Part shown: positions 24,451 through 44,394 of the stretch, piece by piece
Layout of the letters: each line of letters starts with the position of its first letter
How positions within the stretch are numbered: the first letter of the stretch is position 1
Assembly: GCF_009914755.1 (NCBI RefSeq)
Contig: NC_060945.1
Reading direction: 5' to 3' (one strand)
Length of the DNA: 64,000 nucleotides
DNA from: the human T2T-CHM13v2.0 reference genome, Homo sapiens
Made by a program: the position numbers and the translations under genes
The notes under the pieces: model-generated
The model's input: only the letters and a program-made list of their open reading frames with translations
Told to the model about the DNA's origin: nothing
The model's database searches: none

Positions 24451-27400
24451 GTCCACCTGCAGACTCCACAAAAAGATTGTTTCCAAACTTCTCATTCAAA
24501 AGAATGCTCAACTCTGTGAGATGAACACACACATCACAAAGAAGTTTCTCAGAATTCTTCTGTCTAGTTTTTAGGTGAAGATGTTTCCTTTTCCACTATA
24601 GGCCTCAAAGCGCTCCAAATGTCCACTTGCAGATTATACAAAAAGAGAGTTAAAAAACTGATTAAACAAATGAGAGGTTTAACTCTGTGAGATGAATTCA
24701 CACATCACAAAGAAGTTTCTCAGATTGCTTCTCTCTACATTCTATGTGAAGATATTTCCTTTTCTAAGATAGGCAGCAAAGCGTTCCAAATGCCCACATG
24801 CAGATTCTACAAAAAGAGTGTTTCCAAACTGCTGAATCAAAAGAAAGGATCAACTCGGTGAGATGAACGCACGCATCAAAGCGAAGTTTCTCAGAATTCT
24901 TCTGTCCAGTTTTTATGTGAATATAGTTCCTTTTCCACCATAAGCTTCAAAGCACTCCAAATGTGCACTTGCAGATTCTACAAAAAAAAAAGTTTCCAAA
25001 CTGCTCAATCAAAAGAAAGGTTTAACTCTGTGAGACGAATGCACACATTACAAAGTAGTTTCTCAGATTGCTTCGGTCTAGATTTTTTGTGAAGATATTT
25101 TCTCTTATAACATAGGCCGCAAAGCACACAAAATGTCCATTTGCAGATTCTACAAAAAGAGTATTTCCAAACTGCTCAATCAAAAGGAAGTTTCAACTCT
25201 GTGAGATGAATGCACACATCACAAAGAAGTTTCTCAGAATTCTTCTGTCTAGTTTTTATGTGAAGATATTTCCTTTCCCACTATAGGCCTCAAAGCGCTC
25301 AAAATATGCAATTTCAGATTCTACAAAAAGAGAGTTTCAAAATTCCTCAATCAAAAGAAATATTTAACTCTGTGAGATGAATGCACACATCACAAATAAG
25401 TTTTTCAGAATTCTTCTGTCTAGTCTTTATGTGAAGATATTTCCTTTTCCACAATGGTCCTCAAAGCCCTCCAAATGTCCACTTGCAGATTCTATGAAAG
25501 GAGAGTTTCGAAACTCCTCAATCAAAAGAAGGTTTAACTCTTTGAGGTGAATGAACACTTCACTAAGAAGTTTCTCAGATTACTTCTGTCTAGATTTTAT
25601 GTGAAGATATTTCCTTTTCTAACGTAGGCCGGAAGGTGCTCCAAATGTCCACTTGCAGAATCTACAAAAAGAGTGTTTATAAACTGCTAAATCAAAAGAA
25701 AGATTCAACTGTGTGGGATGAACGCCAGCATCACAAAGAAGTTTCTCAGAAATCTTCTGTCTAGTTTTTATGTGAAGATATTTCCTTTTCCACCATAGGC
25801 CTAAAAACGATCACACACATCACAAAGAAGTTTCTCAGGATTCTTCTACCTAGTTTTTATTTGAAGATATTTCCTTTTCCACCATAGGTGTCCAAGCTCT
25901 CCAAATGTCCATTTGCAGATTCTACAAAAAGAGAGTTTCAAAACTCCCAATCAAAAGAAATGTTTAAATTTTTGAGGTAAATGCACACATCAGAAAGAAG
26001 TTTCTCAGAAATCTGTCTAGTTTTTATGTGAAGATATTTCCTTTTCCATCATAGGCCTCAAGGCACTCCAAACGTCTACTTGCTGATTCTTCAAAAAGAG
26101 AGTTTCAAAATTGCTCAATAAAAAGACAATTTTAACTCTGTGAGATGAATGCACACATCACAAAGTAGTTTCTCAGATTGCTTCTGTCTTGATTTAATGT
26201 GAAGATATTTCTTTTATTCAATAAACTGCAAAGCTCTCCACAAGTCCACTAGCAGCTTTGACAAAAAGACTGTTTCCATACTGCTCAAGAAAATAAAGGT
26301 TCAACTTTGTGGGATGAACACACACATCACAAAGAAGTTTCTCAGAATTCTTCTGCCTATTTTTTATGTGAAGATATTTCCTTTTTCACCATAGGCCTCC
26401 AAGTACTCCAAATGTCCACTTGCAGATTCTACAAAAAGAGAGTTTCAAAACTGCTCAATCAAAAGAAAGGTTTAACTCTCTGGGATGAATGCACACATCT
26501 CAAAAAAGTTTCTCAGATTGCTTCTGTCTAGATTTTATGTGAAGATTTTTCCTTTTATACCATAGGCTGCAAAGCTCTCCAAATGTCCAATTACAGATTC
26601 TACAAAAAGAGTGTTTCCTAACTGCTCAATCAAAGGAAAGGTTGAACTTTGTGAGATGAATGGACACATCACAAACAAGTTTCTCAGAATTCTTCTGCCT
26701 ATTTTTTATTTGATATTTCCTTTTCCACCATGGGCCTCAAAGCCCTCCAAATGTCCACTTACAGATTCTACAAAAACAGTGTCTCCATACTGCTCAATAA
26801 AAAGAAAGTTTCAACTCCGTGAGAGGAATGCACACATCACAAAGCCGTTCCTCAGAATTCTTCTGTCTTTTTTTTATGTGAAGATATTTCCTTTTCAACC
26901 ATACACCACAAAGTACTCCAAATGTCTGCTTGTGGCTTCTACAAAAAGAGAGTTTGCAAAATGCACAATAAAAAGAAAAGGTTTAATTATGTAAGTTGAG
27001 TGCACATATCTCAAAGAAGTTTCTCAGATTGCTTCTGTCTAGATTTTTTTGTGAAGATTTTCTTTTTTACTACCATAGGCTGCAAAGCGCTCCAAATGTC
27101 TAATAGCAGATTCTACAAAAAGAGTGTTTCCAAACTGCTCAGTTAAAGGAAAGGTTCTACTCTGCGAGATAATGCACACATCACCAAGAAGTTTCTCAGA
27201 ATTCTTCTGCCTAGTTTTTATGTTAAGATATTTCCTTTTCCACCATGGTCCTCAAAGCGCTCCAAATGTAAACTTGCAGACTCTACAAAAAGAGAGCTTT
27301 GAATCTCCTCAATCAAAGGAAAGTTTTAACTCTTTGAGGTTAATGCACACATCACAAAGGAGTTTCTCAGATTGCTTCTGTCTAGATTTTATGTGAGGAT

Positions 27401-30062
27401 CTTACCTTTTCTGACATAGGCCGTAAAGTGCTCCAAATGTCCACTTGCAGAATCTACTAAAAGATTGTTTCCAAAATGCTGAATCAAAAGAAAGTTTCAA
27501 CTCGGTGAGATGTACCTACACATAACAGTGAAGTTTCTCAGAATTCTTCTGTCTAGTTTTTATGTGAAAATATTTCGTTTTCCACCATAGTCCTCAAAGC
27601 GCTTCAAATGTCCACTTGCATATTCTACAGAAAGAGAGCCTGAAAACTCCTCAATGGAAAGAAATATTTAACACTGTGAGGTGAATGTACACATCACAAA
27701 TTAGTTTCTCAGATCACTTCTGTCTAGATTTTATGTGAAGGTATTTACTTTTCTAACCCAGGCCAAAAGGTGAACCAAATGTCCACTTGCAGATTCTACA
27801 GAAAGAGTGTTTCCAAACTTCTCTATCAAAAGAAAGGTTCAACTCTGTGAGATAAACGCACACATCACAAAGAAGTTTCTAAGAATTCTTCTCTCTAGTA
27901 TTTATGTGAAGATATTTCCTTTTCTACAATAGACCTCAAAGTGCTCCAAATGTCCACTTGCAGGTCCTACAGAAAGAGAATTTCAAAACTGCTCAATCAA
28001 AAGAAAGGTTTAACTCTGTGAGATGAATACACACATCACAAAGAAGTTTCCCAGATTGCTTTTATCTAGATTTTATGTGAAGATATTTCCTTTTCTGCCA
28101 TAGGCCAAAAAGCACTCCAAATATGCACTTGAAGATTCTACAAAAACATTGTTTCCATTCTGCTCAATCAAAAGAAAGATTCAACTCCATGAGATAAATG
28201 CACACATCACAAAGAGGTTTCTCAGAATTCTTCTCTCTAGTTTTTATATGAAGATATTTCCTTTTCCACCACAGGCCTCCAAGTACTCCAAATGTCCACT
28301 TGCAGATTCTACAAAAAGAGAGTTTCAAAACTGCTCAATCAAAAGAAAGGTTTAACTCTGTGGGATGAATGCACACATCTCAAAGAAGTTTCTCACATTG
28401 CTACTGTCTAGGTTTTACGTGAAGATTTTTCCTTTTCTACCATAGGCCACAAAGCACTCCAAACTTCCAGTTGCAGATTCTACAAAAAGAGTGTTTCCAA
28501 ATTGCTCAATTGAAGGAAAGGTTCAACTTTGTGAGATGAACGCACACATCACAAAGGAGTTTCTCAGAATTCTTCTTCCCATTTTTTATTTTAAGATATT
28601 TCCTTTTCCACCATGGCCTCAAAGCACTCCAAATGTCCACTTGCGAATTCTACAAAAATAGTGTCTGCATACTGCTCAATAAAAAGGAAGTTTCAACTCC
28701 GTGAGAGGAATGCACACAACACAAAGCGGTTTCTCAGAATTCTTCTGTCTTGTTTTTATGTTAAGATATTTCCTTTTCCACCATACACCTCAAAGTACTC
28801 CAAATGTCTGCTTGTGGCTTCTTCAAAAAGAGAGTTTCCAAACTTCTCAATAAAAAAAAAGGTTTAACTCTGTGAATTGAATGCACACATCTCAAAGAAG
28901 TTTCTCATATTGTTTCTGCCTAGATTTTATGTGAAGATTTTTTTTTTTACTACCATAGGCTGCAAAGCACTCCACATATCCAATTGCAGATTCTACAAAA
29001 AGAGTGTTTCCGAACTGCTCAGTCAAAGGAAAGTTCTACTCTGTCAGATGAATGCACACATCACAAAGAATTTTCTCACAATTCTTCTGCCTAGTTTTTA
29101 TGTTAAGATATTTCCTTTTCCACCATGGTCCTCAAATCGTTCCAAATGTCTACTTGCAGACTCTACAAAAAGAGAGCTTTGAATCTCCTCAATCAAAGGA
29201 AAGTTTTAACTCTCTGAGGTTAACGCACACATCACAAAGGAGTTTCTCAGATTGCTTCTGTCTAGATGTTATGTGAAGATCTTATCTTTTCTGACATAGG
29301 CCGCAAAGCGCTCTAAATGTCCACTTGCAGAATCTGCTAAAAGAATGTTTCAAAAATGCTGAATCAAAAGAAAGGTTCAACTCGGTGAGATGTACCTACA
29401 ATTAACAGGGAAGTTTCTCAGAATTCTTTTATATAGTATTTATGTGAAGATATTTCCTTTTCCACAATAGTCCTCAAAGCACTTCAAATGTCCACTTGCA
29501 TATTCTACAGAAAGAGAGCCTGAAAACTCCTCAATGAAAAGAAATATTTAACACTGTGACATAAGTGCACACATCACAAAGTAGTTTCTCAGATTGCTTC
29601 TGTCTAGATTTTATGTGAAGGTATTTCCTTTTCTAACATAGGCCACAAGGTGCTCCAAATGTCCACTTGCAGATTCTACAAAAAGAGTGTTTCCAAACTG
29701 CTCTATCAAAAGTAAGGTTCAACTCTGTGACATGAACGCACACATCACAAGGAAGTTTCTCAGAATTCTTCTGTCTAGTATTTATGTGACGATATTTCCT
29801 TTTCCACCGTAGACCTCAAAGCGCTCCGAATATCCACTTGCAGATTCTACAGAAAGAGAATTTCAAAACTGCTCAATCAAAAGAAAGGTTTAACTCTGTG
29901 TGATGAATGCACACATCTCAAAGAAGTTTCTCAGAATGCTTCTGTATAGATTTTATGTGAAGATATTTCCTTTTCTATATAGGCCGCAAAGCGCTCCAAA
30001 CGTCCACTTGCAGAATCTAGAAAAAGAGTGTTTCCAAACTGCTGAATCGAAAGAAAGTTTCA
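24451..30062 (-). repeat. Diverged alpha satellite, reverse orientation, alternating two-monomer type
   Basis: Reverse-complement monomers alternating cagaattcttctgtctagttttt / ttttccacc and cagattgcttctgtctagattt / ttttctacc. Confidence 0.97.
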
Positions 30063-32358
<2,296 letters not shown>

Positions 32359-35300
32359 AAGGAAAGGTTCAATTCTGTGAGATGAATGCACACATCACAA
32401 AGAAGTTACTCAGATTGCTTCTGTTTAGATTTTATGTGAAGATATTTCCTTTTCTACCATAGGCCCCAAAGCGCTCCAAATGTGCACTTGCAGATTCTAC
32501 AAAAAGAGTGTTTCCAAGCTGCTCAATCAAAAGAAAGCTTCAACTTTGTGAGATGAACGCCCACATCACAAAGAAGTTTCTAAGAATTCTTCCGTCTAGT
32601 TTTTATGTGGAGATATTTCCTTTCCCACTATAGGCTTCAAATCGCTCCAAATGTCCAATTGCAGATTCTACAAACAGAGTTTCAAAACACCTCAATCAAA
32701 AGAAATGTTTAACTCTCTGAGATGAATGCACACATCATAAAAAGTTTCTCAGATTGCCTCTGTCTAGATTTTATGTGAAGATATTTCCTTTTCTGCCATA
32801 GGCCGCAAATCGCTCCAAGTGTCTACATGCAGTTTCCAAACTGTTCAATCAAAAGAAAAGTTCAACTCTGTGAGATGAAAGCACATATCACAAAGAAGTT
32901 TCCCAGATTGCTTCTGTCTGGATTGTATGTGAAGGTATTTCCTTTTCTACCATAGGCCACAAAGTGTTCCAAATGTCCAACTGCAGATACTACAAAAAGA
33001 GTGTTTCCAATCTGCTCATTCAAAAGAAAGGTTTAACTCTGTGAGATAAATGCACACATCACAAAGAAGTTTCTGAGATTGTTTCTGTCTAGATTTTATG
33101 TGAAGATATTTCCTTTTCTACCATAAGCCACAAAGCGCTCCAAATGTCCACTTGCAGATTCTGCAAAAAGATGGTTTCCAAACTGCTCCATCTAAAGAAA
33201 GCTTCAAATCTGTGAGATAAATGCACCCATCACAAAGAAGTTTCTCAGAGTTCTTCTGTTTAGTTTTTATGTGAAGATATTTCATTTTCCACCATAGTCC
33301 TCAAGGCACTAGAAATGTCCAGTTGCAGATTCTACAAAAAGAGTACCTCAAAACTAGTTCATCAAAAGAAAGTTTCAACTCTGGGAGATGAAGGCACACA
33401 TTACAAAGACGTTTCTCAGAATGTTTCTATGTAGTTTTTATGTGAAGATATTTCCTTTTTCAACATAGGCCTCAAAGCACTCCAAATACCCACTTGCAGA
33501 TTCTACAAAAAGAGGGTTTCAAAACTGCTCAATCAACACAAAGTTTTAACACTGTGAGATGAAAGCACACACCACAAAGTTTTTCAGATTGCTTGTGTCT
33601 AGATTTTATGGGAAGATATTTCCTTTTCTACCATAGCCTGCTAAGCGCTCCAAATATCCACTTCCAGATTCTACAAAGAGTGTTTCCAAACTGCATAATC
33701 AAAAGAAAGGTTCAGCTCTGTGATATAAACGTACACATCACAAAGCAGTTTCTCACCATTCTTCTGTCTAGTTTTTATGTGAAGATACTTCCTACTCCAA
33801 CATAGGCCTCAAAGCGCTCCAAGTGTCCACTTGCAGATCCTACAGAAAGAGAGTTTCAAAACGGCTCAATCAAAAGAAAGGTTTAATTCTGTGAGGTGAA
33901 TGCACACATCAAAAAGAAGTTTCTCAAATTGCTTTGGTCTAGATTTTATGTGAAGATATTTCCTTTTTTAACATAGGCCAAAAAGTGCTTCAAATGTCCA
34001 CTTGCAGATTCTACAAAAAGAGAGTTTCAAAACTGCTCCATCAAAAGAAAGACTCAACTATGTGAGATGAATGCCCACATCACAAAGAAGTTTCTCAGAT
34101 TGATTCCGTGTAGATTTTATGTTAAGATATTTCATTCTTTTTACCATAGGCCACAAATCGCTCAAAATGTTCACTTGCAGATTCTAAAAAAAGAGTGCTT
34201 CGAAACTGCTCTATCAAAAGAAAAGTTCACCTCTGTGAGATGAACGCACACATTACAAAGAAGTTTCTCAGAATTCTTCTGTCTAGTTTTTATGTGAAGC
34301 TATTTCCTTTTCCAACTTAGGCCTCAAAGCGCTCCCAGTGTCCAACTGCAGATTCAACAAAAAGAGAGTTTCAAAACTGCTCAATCAAAAGAAAGGTTTC
34401 ACTTAGTGAGATGAATGCACACATCACAGAGAAGTTTCTAAGATTGCTTCTGTCAAGATTTTATATGAAGATATTTCACTTTCCACCATAGGCCTCAAGG
34501 TGCTCGAAATGCCCCCTGGCACATTCCACAAAAGGAGTATTTCAAACCTGGTCCATCAAAAGAAAGTTTCAACTCTTTGAGATGAATGCACACATCACAA
34601 ACAAGTTCCTCAGAATGCTTCTGTCTAGTTTTTATGTGAACATATTTCCTTTTCCACTGTAGGCCTCAAAGCACTCCCAATGTCAGTTTGCAGATTCTAC
34701 AAAAATAGAGTTTCAAAACTACTCCATCGAAAGTAAGTTTTCACTCTGTGAGATTAATGCACACATCACAAAGATGTTTCTCAGATTGCTTCTGTCTGGA
34801 TTTACTGTGAAGAGATTTCCTTTTCTACCATAAGCCTCAAAGCGCACCATATGTCCACTGGCAGATTCTACAAAAAGAGTGTTTCCAAACTGCTCAATCA
34901 AAAGAAAGGTTCACCTCTGTGATATGAACACACAAATCACAAAGAAGTTTCTCAGAATTCTTCTGTCTCGTTTTTATGTGAAAGTATTTCTTTTCCCTCT
35001 AGAGGCCTCAAGGTGCAAGAAATGTCCTCTTGCAGATTCTACAAAAAGAGTATTTCAAAACTGGTCCATTAAAAGAGAGGTTCAACTCTGGGAGATGAAT
35101 GCACACATCATGAAGAAGTTATTCAGAATGCTTATGTCTAGTTTATTTTTGAAGATATTTCCTTTTCCACCATCGGCCTCAAAGCCCTCCAAATGTCCAC
35201 TTGCAGATTACACAAAAAGAGAGTTTCAAAACTGCTGAATCAAAAGAAAGGTTTTACTCTGGAATATGAATGCATGCATCACAAAGATTTTCAGATAGCT

Positions 35301-38300
35301 TCTGTCTAGATTTTATGTGTAGATATTTCCTTTTCTACCATAGGCTGCAAAAAGCTCCAAATGTCTACTTGCAGATTCTACAAAATAAAGTGTTTCCAAA
35401 CTCCTCAATCAAAAGAAAGGCTCAACTCTTTGAGATAAACACACGCATCAAAAAGAAGTTTCTCAGAATTATTCTGTCTAGTTTTTATGTGAGAATATTT
35501 CTTTTTCCATCATAGGACTCAAAGTGCTCCAAATGTCCACGTGCAGGTTCTACAAAAAAAGAGTTTCCAAACTGCTCAATCAAAAGAAAGGTTTAACTCT
35601 GTCAGATGAATGCTTACATCACAAAGAAGTTTCTCAGATTGCTCCTGTCTGGATTTTAAATGAAGATATATCCTTTTCTACCATAGGCCCCAAGGCGTTC
35701 CAAATGTCCACTTGCAGATTCTACAAAAAGAGTATTTCAAAACTGATACATCAAAAGGAAGGTTCGGCTCTTGGAGATGAATGCACACATCACAAAGAAG
35801 TTTCTCAGACTGCTTCTGTCTAGACATAAGATGAAGATATTTCCCTTTCTACTATAGGCTGCCAAGCACTCCAAATGTACACTGGCAGATTCTACAAAAA
35901 GTGTGTTTCCAAACTGCTCAATCAAAAGAAATGTTCAACTCTGTGAGATGAACGCACATATCACAAAGAAGATTTTCAGAGTCCTTCTGTCTAGTTTTTA
36001 TCTGAAGATATTTCCTTTTCCACCTTAGTCCTCAAAGCCCTCAAAATGTCCACTTGCAGATTCTACAAAAAGAGAGTTTCCAAACTGCTCAATCAAAAGA
36101 AAGGTTCAACTCTGTCAGATGAATGCACACATCACAAAGAAGTTTATCTGGTTGTTTCGGCAGAGATTTATATGAAGATACTTCCTTTTCTACCATAGGC
36201 CACAAAGGGCTCCAAATGTCCACTTACAGATTCTAAAGAAGGAGAGTCTCCAAACTGCTCAATTAAAAGAAGGTTCATCTGTGTGAGATGAACGCCCACA
36301 ACAAAAGAACTTTCACAGAATTCTTCTCTCTAGTTTTCATGTGAAGATATTTCCTTTTTCACCATAGGCCTCAAAGCCCTCCTAATGTCCAGCTGAAGAT
36401 ACTAGAAAATGAGTGTTTCCAAAATGCTCCATCAAAAGAAACTTTGAACTCTGTGAGATGAACGCACACATCACAAAGTAGTTTTTCAGAATTCTTCTGT
36501 CTAGTTTTTTTGTGAAGATATTTTCTTTTCCACCATAGGTATCAAATCGCTCTAAATATCCACTTGCAGATTCTGCAAAAAGAGATGTTCAAAACTGCTC
36601 AATATAAAGAAAATTTTAACTCTGTGACATGAATGCACACATCAGAAAGAAGTTTCTCAGATTGCTTCTTTCTAGATTTTATGTGAAGATATTTCCTTTT
36701 CTACCACAGGCCGCAAAGTGCTCCAAATGTCCATTTGCAGATCTTACAAATGATTGTTTCCAAACTGCTCAATCAAAAGAAAGATTCAACTCTGTGAGAT
36801 GAATGCACAAATCACAAAGTAGTTTCTCAGAATTCTTCTGTCTAAATTTAATATAAAGATTTTCTTTTCCACCAAAGGCCTCAAAGCCCACCAAATGTTC
36901 ACTTGCAGATTCTACAAAAAGAGAATTTCAAAACTGCTCAATCCAAAGAAAGGTTTAACTCTGTGAGATGAATGCACTCATCACAAAGAAGTTTCTCAGA
37001 TTGCTTCTGTCTAGATTTTATGTGAAGATATTTCTTTTCTACCTTAGGCCGCAAAGGGTTCCAAATGTCCACTTGTAGATTTTACAAAAAGAGTGTTTCC
37101 AAACTAATCAATCTAAACAAAGGTTCAAATCTGTGAGATGAACACATGCATCACAAAGAAGTTTCTCAGAATTCTTCTTTCTAGTTTTTATGTGAAGATA
37201 TTTCCTTTTCCACCGTAGGCCTCATATCTGTTCAAAAGTCCACTTGCATATTATATAAAAAGAGAGCGCAAAACTGCTGAATCAAAAGAAAGGTTTAACT
37301 CTGTGAGATGAATGCATATGTCACAAAGAAGTTTCTCAGATTGCTTCTGTGTAGATTTTAATTGAAGATTATTCCGTTTCTACCATTGACTGCAAAGCGT
37401 ACAAATTTTCCACTTGCAGATTCTCCAAAAGAGTGTTTCCAAACTTCTCAATCAAAAGAAAAGTTCAACTCTGTGGGATGAATGTACACATCACAGTTGA
37501 AGTTTCCTGGAATTATTCTGTCTAGTTATTATGTGAAGATATTTCATTTTCCACCATAGGCCCCAAGGCGCTCCAAATGTCCACTTGCAGATCCAACAAA
37601 AAGATTATTTCAATATTGGTCCATAAAAAGAAATGTTGAATTCTGGGAAATGAATGCACACATCACAAAGAAGTTTCTCAGAATGTTTCTAAATAGTTTT
37701 TTTCTGAAGATATTTCTTTTCCTCCATAGGCCTCAAAACTCTCCAAATATACTCTTGCAGATTCTGCAAAAAGAGTGTTTCCAAACTGCTCAATAAAAGA
37801 AAGGTTCAACTCTGTGAGATGAACGTACACATCAAAAAGAAGTTTCTCAGAAACCTTCTGTTTAGTTTTTAGGTGAAGATATTTCCATTTTTCGTCATAG
37901 ACCTCAAAGCGCCTTAAACGTCCACTAGCAGATTCTAAAAAAAAAACTGCTCAATTAAAAGAAAGGTTTAACTCTGTGACATGAATACATACATCAGAGT
38001 GTAGTTTCTCAGATTGCTTCTGTCTAGATTTTATGTGAAGATATATCCTTTCCTATCATAGGTCTCAAAGCACTCCAAATGTCCACTTGCAGATTCTACA
38101 AAAGAGAGTTTCAAAACTGCTCATTCAAAGAAAATTTTAACTCTATGAGATGAATGCAAACATCACAAAGAAATTTCTCAGATGGCTTCTGTCTAGATTT
38201 TATGTGAAGATATTTCTTTTTCTATCATAGGCCGTGAAGCACTCCAAATGTCCACTTGCAGATTCTACAAAAAGAGTTTCAAAACTGCTTAATCAAAAGA

Positions 38301-39141
38301 AAGGTTTAACTCTGTGAGATGAATGCACACATCAGAAAGAATTTTCTCAGATTGCTTCTGTCTAGATTTTATGTGAAGATATTTCCTTTTCCAGCATAGA
38401 CCTCAAAGCGCACAAAATGTCCGCTTGCAGATCCTTCAAAAAGAGGATTTCAAAACTGATCCTTCATAAGAAAGATTAAACTTTGAGATATGAATGTACA
38501 CATCACAAAGAGGTTTCTCAGAATGCTTCTGTCCAGTTTTTATGTGAAGATATTTTCTTTTCCACCATAGGCCTCAAGACACTCGAAATGTCCACTTGCA
38601 GATTCTACAAAAAGAGTATTTCAAAACTGGTCCTTCAAAAAAAAATGCTCAAGTCAGGGACATGAATGTATATATCACAAAGAAGTTTCTCAGAAAGCTT
38701 CTATCTGGTTTTTATGTGAAGATATTTCCTTTTACACCATAGGCTTCAAAGCACTCCAAACGTCCACTTGCAGATTCTACAAAAAGAGTTTCAAAACTGC
38801 TCCATCAAAAGAAAGTTTCAACTCTGTGAGATGAATGTACAAATCACAAAGAAGTTTCTCAGAATTCTTCTCTCTAGTTTTTATGTGAAGGTATTTCCTT
38901 TTCCACCGTAGGCCTCAAAGCGCTCCAAATATCCACTTGCAGGAGCTACAAAAAGAGAGTTTCAAAACTGCTCCATCAAAAGAAATGTTTAACTCTATGA
39001 CATGAACGCACACATCACAAAGAGGTTTCTCAGGTTGCTTCTGTCTAGATTTTATGTGAAGATATTTCCTTTGCTACCATAGGTTGCAATGCACTCCAAA
39101 TGTCCACTTGCAGATTCTACAAAAAGAATGTTTCAAAACTG
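32359..39141 (-). repeat. Diverged alpha satellite, reverse, mostly dimer type with an interspersed third monomer type
   Basis: 171-bp period; recurrent gagtatttcaaaactggtccatc-type monomer. Confidence 0.97.
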
Positions 39142-39267
39142 GAACAGACCTGCAGCTGAGGGACCTGTCTGTTAGAAGGAGAACTAACAAACAGAAAGGA
39201 CATCCACAACAAAAACCCATCTGTACATCGCCATCATCAAACACCAAAAGTAGATAAAAGCACAAAG

Positions 39268-40283
39268 ATGGGGAAAAAACAGAACAGAAAAACTGGAAAC
39301 TCTAAAAAGCAGAGTGCCTCTCCTCCTCAAAAGAAACACAGTTCCTCACCAGCAACGGAACAAAGCTGGATGGAGAATGACTTTGACGAGCTGAGAGAAG
39401 AAACCTTCAGATAATCAAATTACTCTGAGCTATGGGAGGACATTCAAACCAAAGGCAAAGAGGTTGAAAACTTTGAAAAAAATTTAGAAGAATGTATAAT
39501 TAGAATAACCAATACAGAGAAGTGCTTAAAGGAGCTGATGGAGCTGAAAACCAAGGCTCGAGAACTACGTGAAGAATGCAGAAGCCTCAGGAGCCGATGC
39601 CATCAACTGGAAGAAAGGGTATCAGCGATGGAAGATGAAATGAATGAAATGAAGCGAGAAAGGAAGTTTAGAGAAAAAAGCATAAAAAGAAATGAACAAA
39701 GCCTCCAAGAAACATGGGACTATGTGAAAAGACCAAATCTACGTCTGATTGGTGTACCTGAATGTGATGGGGAGAATGGAACCAAGTTGGAAAACACTTT
39801 GCAGGATATTATCCAGGAGAACTTCCCCAATCTAGCAAGGCAGGCCAACGTTCAGATTCAGGAAATACAGAGAACACCACAGAGATACTCCTCGAGAAGA
39901 GCAACTTCAAGAACATAATTGTCAGATTCACCAAAGTTGAAATGAAGGAAAAAATGTTAAGGGCAGCCAGAGAGAAAGGTCGGGTTACCCTCAAAGGGAA
40001 GCCCATCAGACTAACAGCGGATCTCTCAGCAGAAAGCCTACAAGCCGGAAGAGAGTGGGGGCCAATATTCAACATTCTTAAAGAAAAGAATTTTCAACCC
40101 AGAATTTCATATCCAGCCAAACTAAGCTTCATAAGTGAAGGAGAAATAAAATACTTTACAGACAATCAAATGCTGAGAGATTTTGTCACCACCAGGCCTG
40201 CCCTAAAAGAGCTCCTGAAGAAAGTGCTAAACATGGAAAGGAACAACTGGTATCAGCCACTGCAAAATCATGCCAAAATGTAA
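39268..40283 (+). pseudogene. L1 ORF1p (RNA-binding chaperone), disrupted
   Basis: ATG GGG AAA AAA CAG AAC at 39268; fragments MELKTKARELREEC... and MKEKMLRAAREKG...LQNHAKM; premature stop near 39412 and frameshift near 39910. Confidence 0.92.
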
Positions 40284-40346
40284 AGACCATCGAGACTAGG
40301 AAGAAACTGCATCAACTAATGAGCAAAATAACCAGCTAACATCATA

Positions 40347-44170
<3,824 letters not shown>

Positions 44171-44394
44171 ACAATGAGATCACATGGACACAGGAAGGGG
44201 AATATCACACTCTGGGGACTGTTGTGGGGTGGGGGAGGGGGGAGGGATAGCATTGGGAGATATACCTAATGCTAGATGACGAGTTGGTGGGTGCAGCGCA
44301 CCACCATGGCACATGTATACATATGTAACTAACCTGCACAATGTGCACATGTACCCTAAAACTTAAAGTATAATAATAAATAAATAAATTAAAA

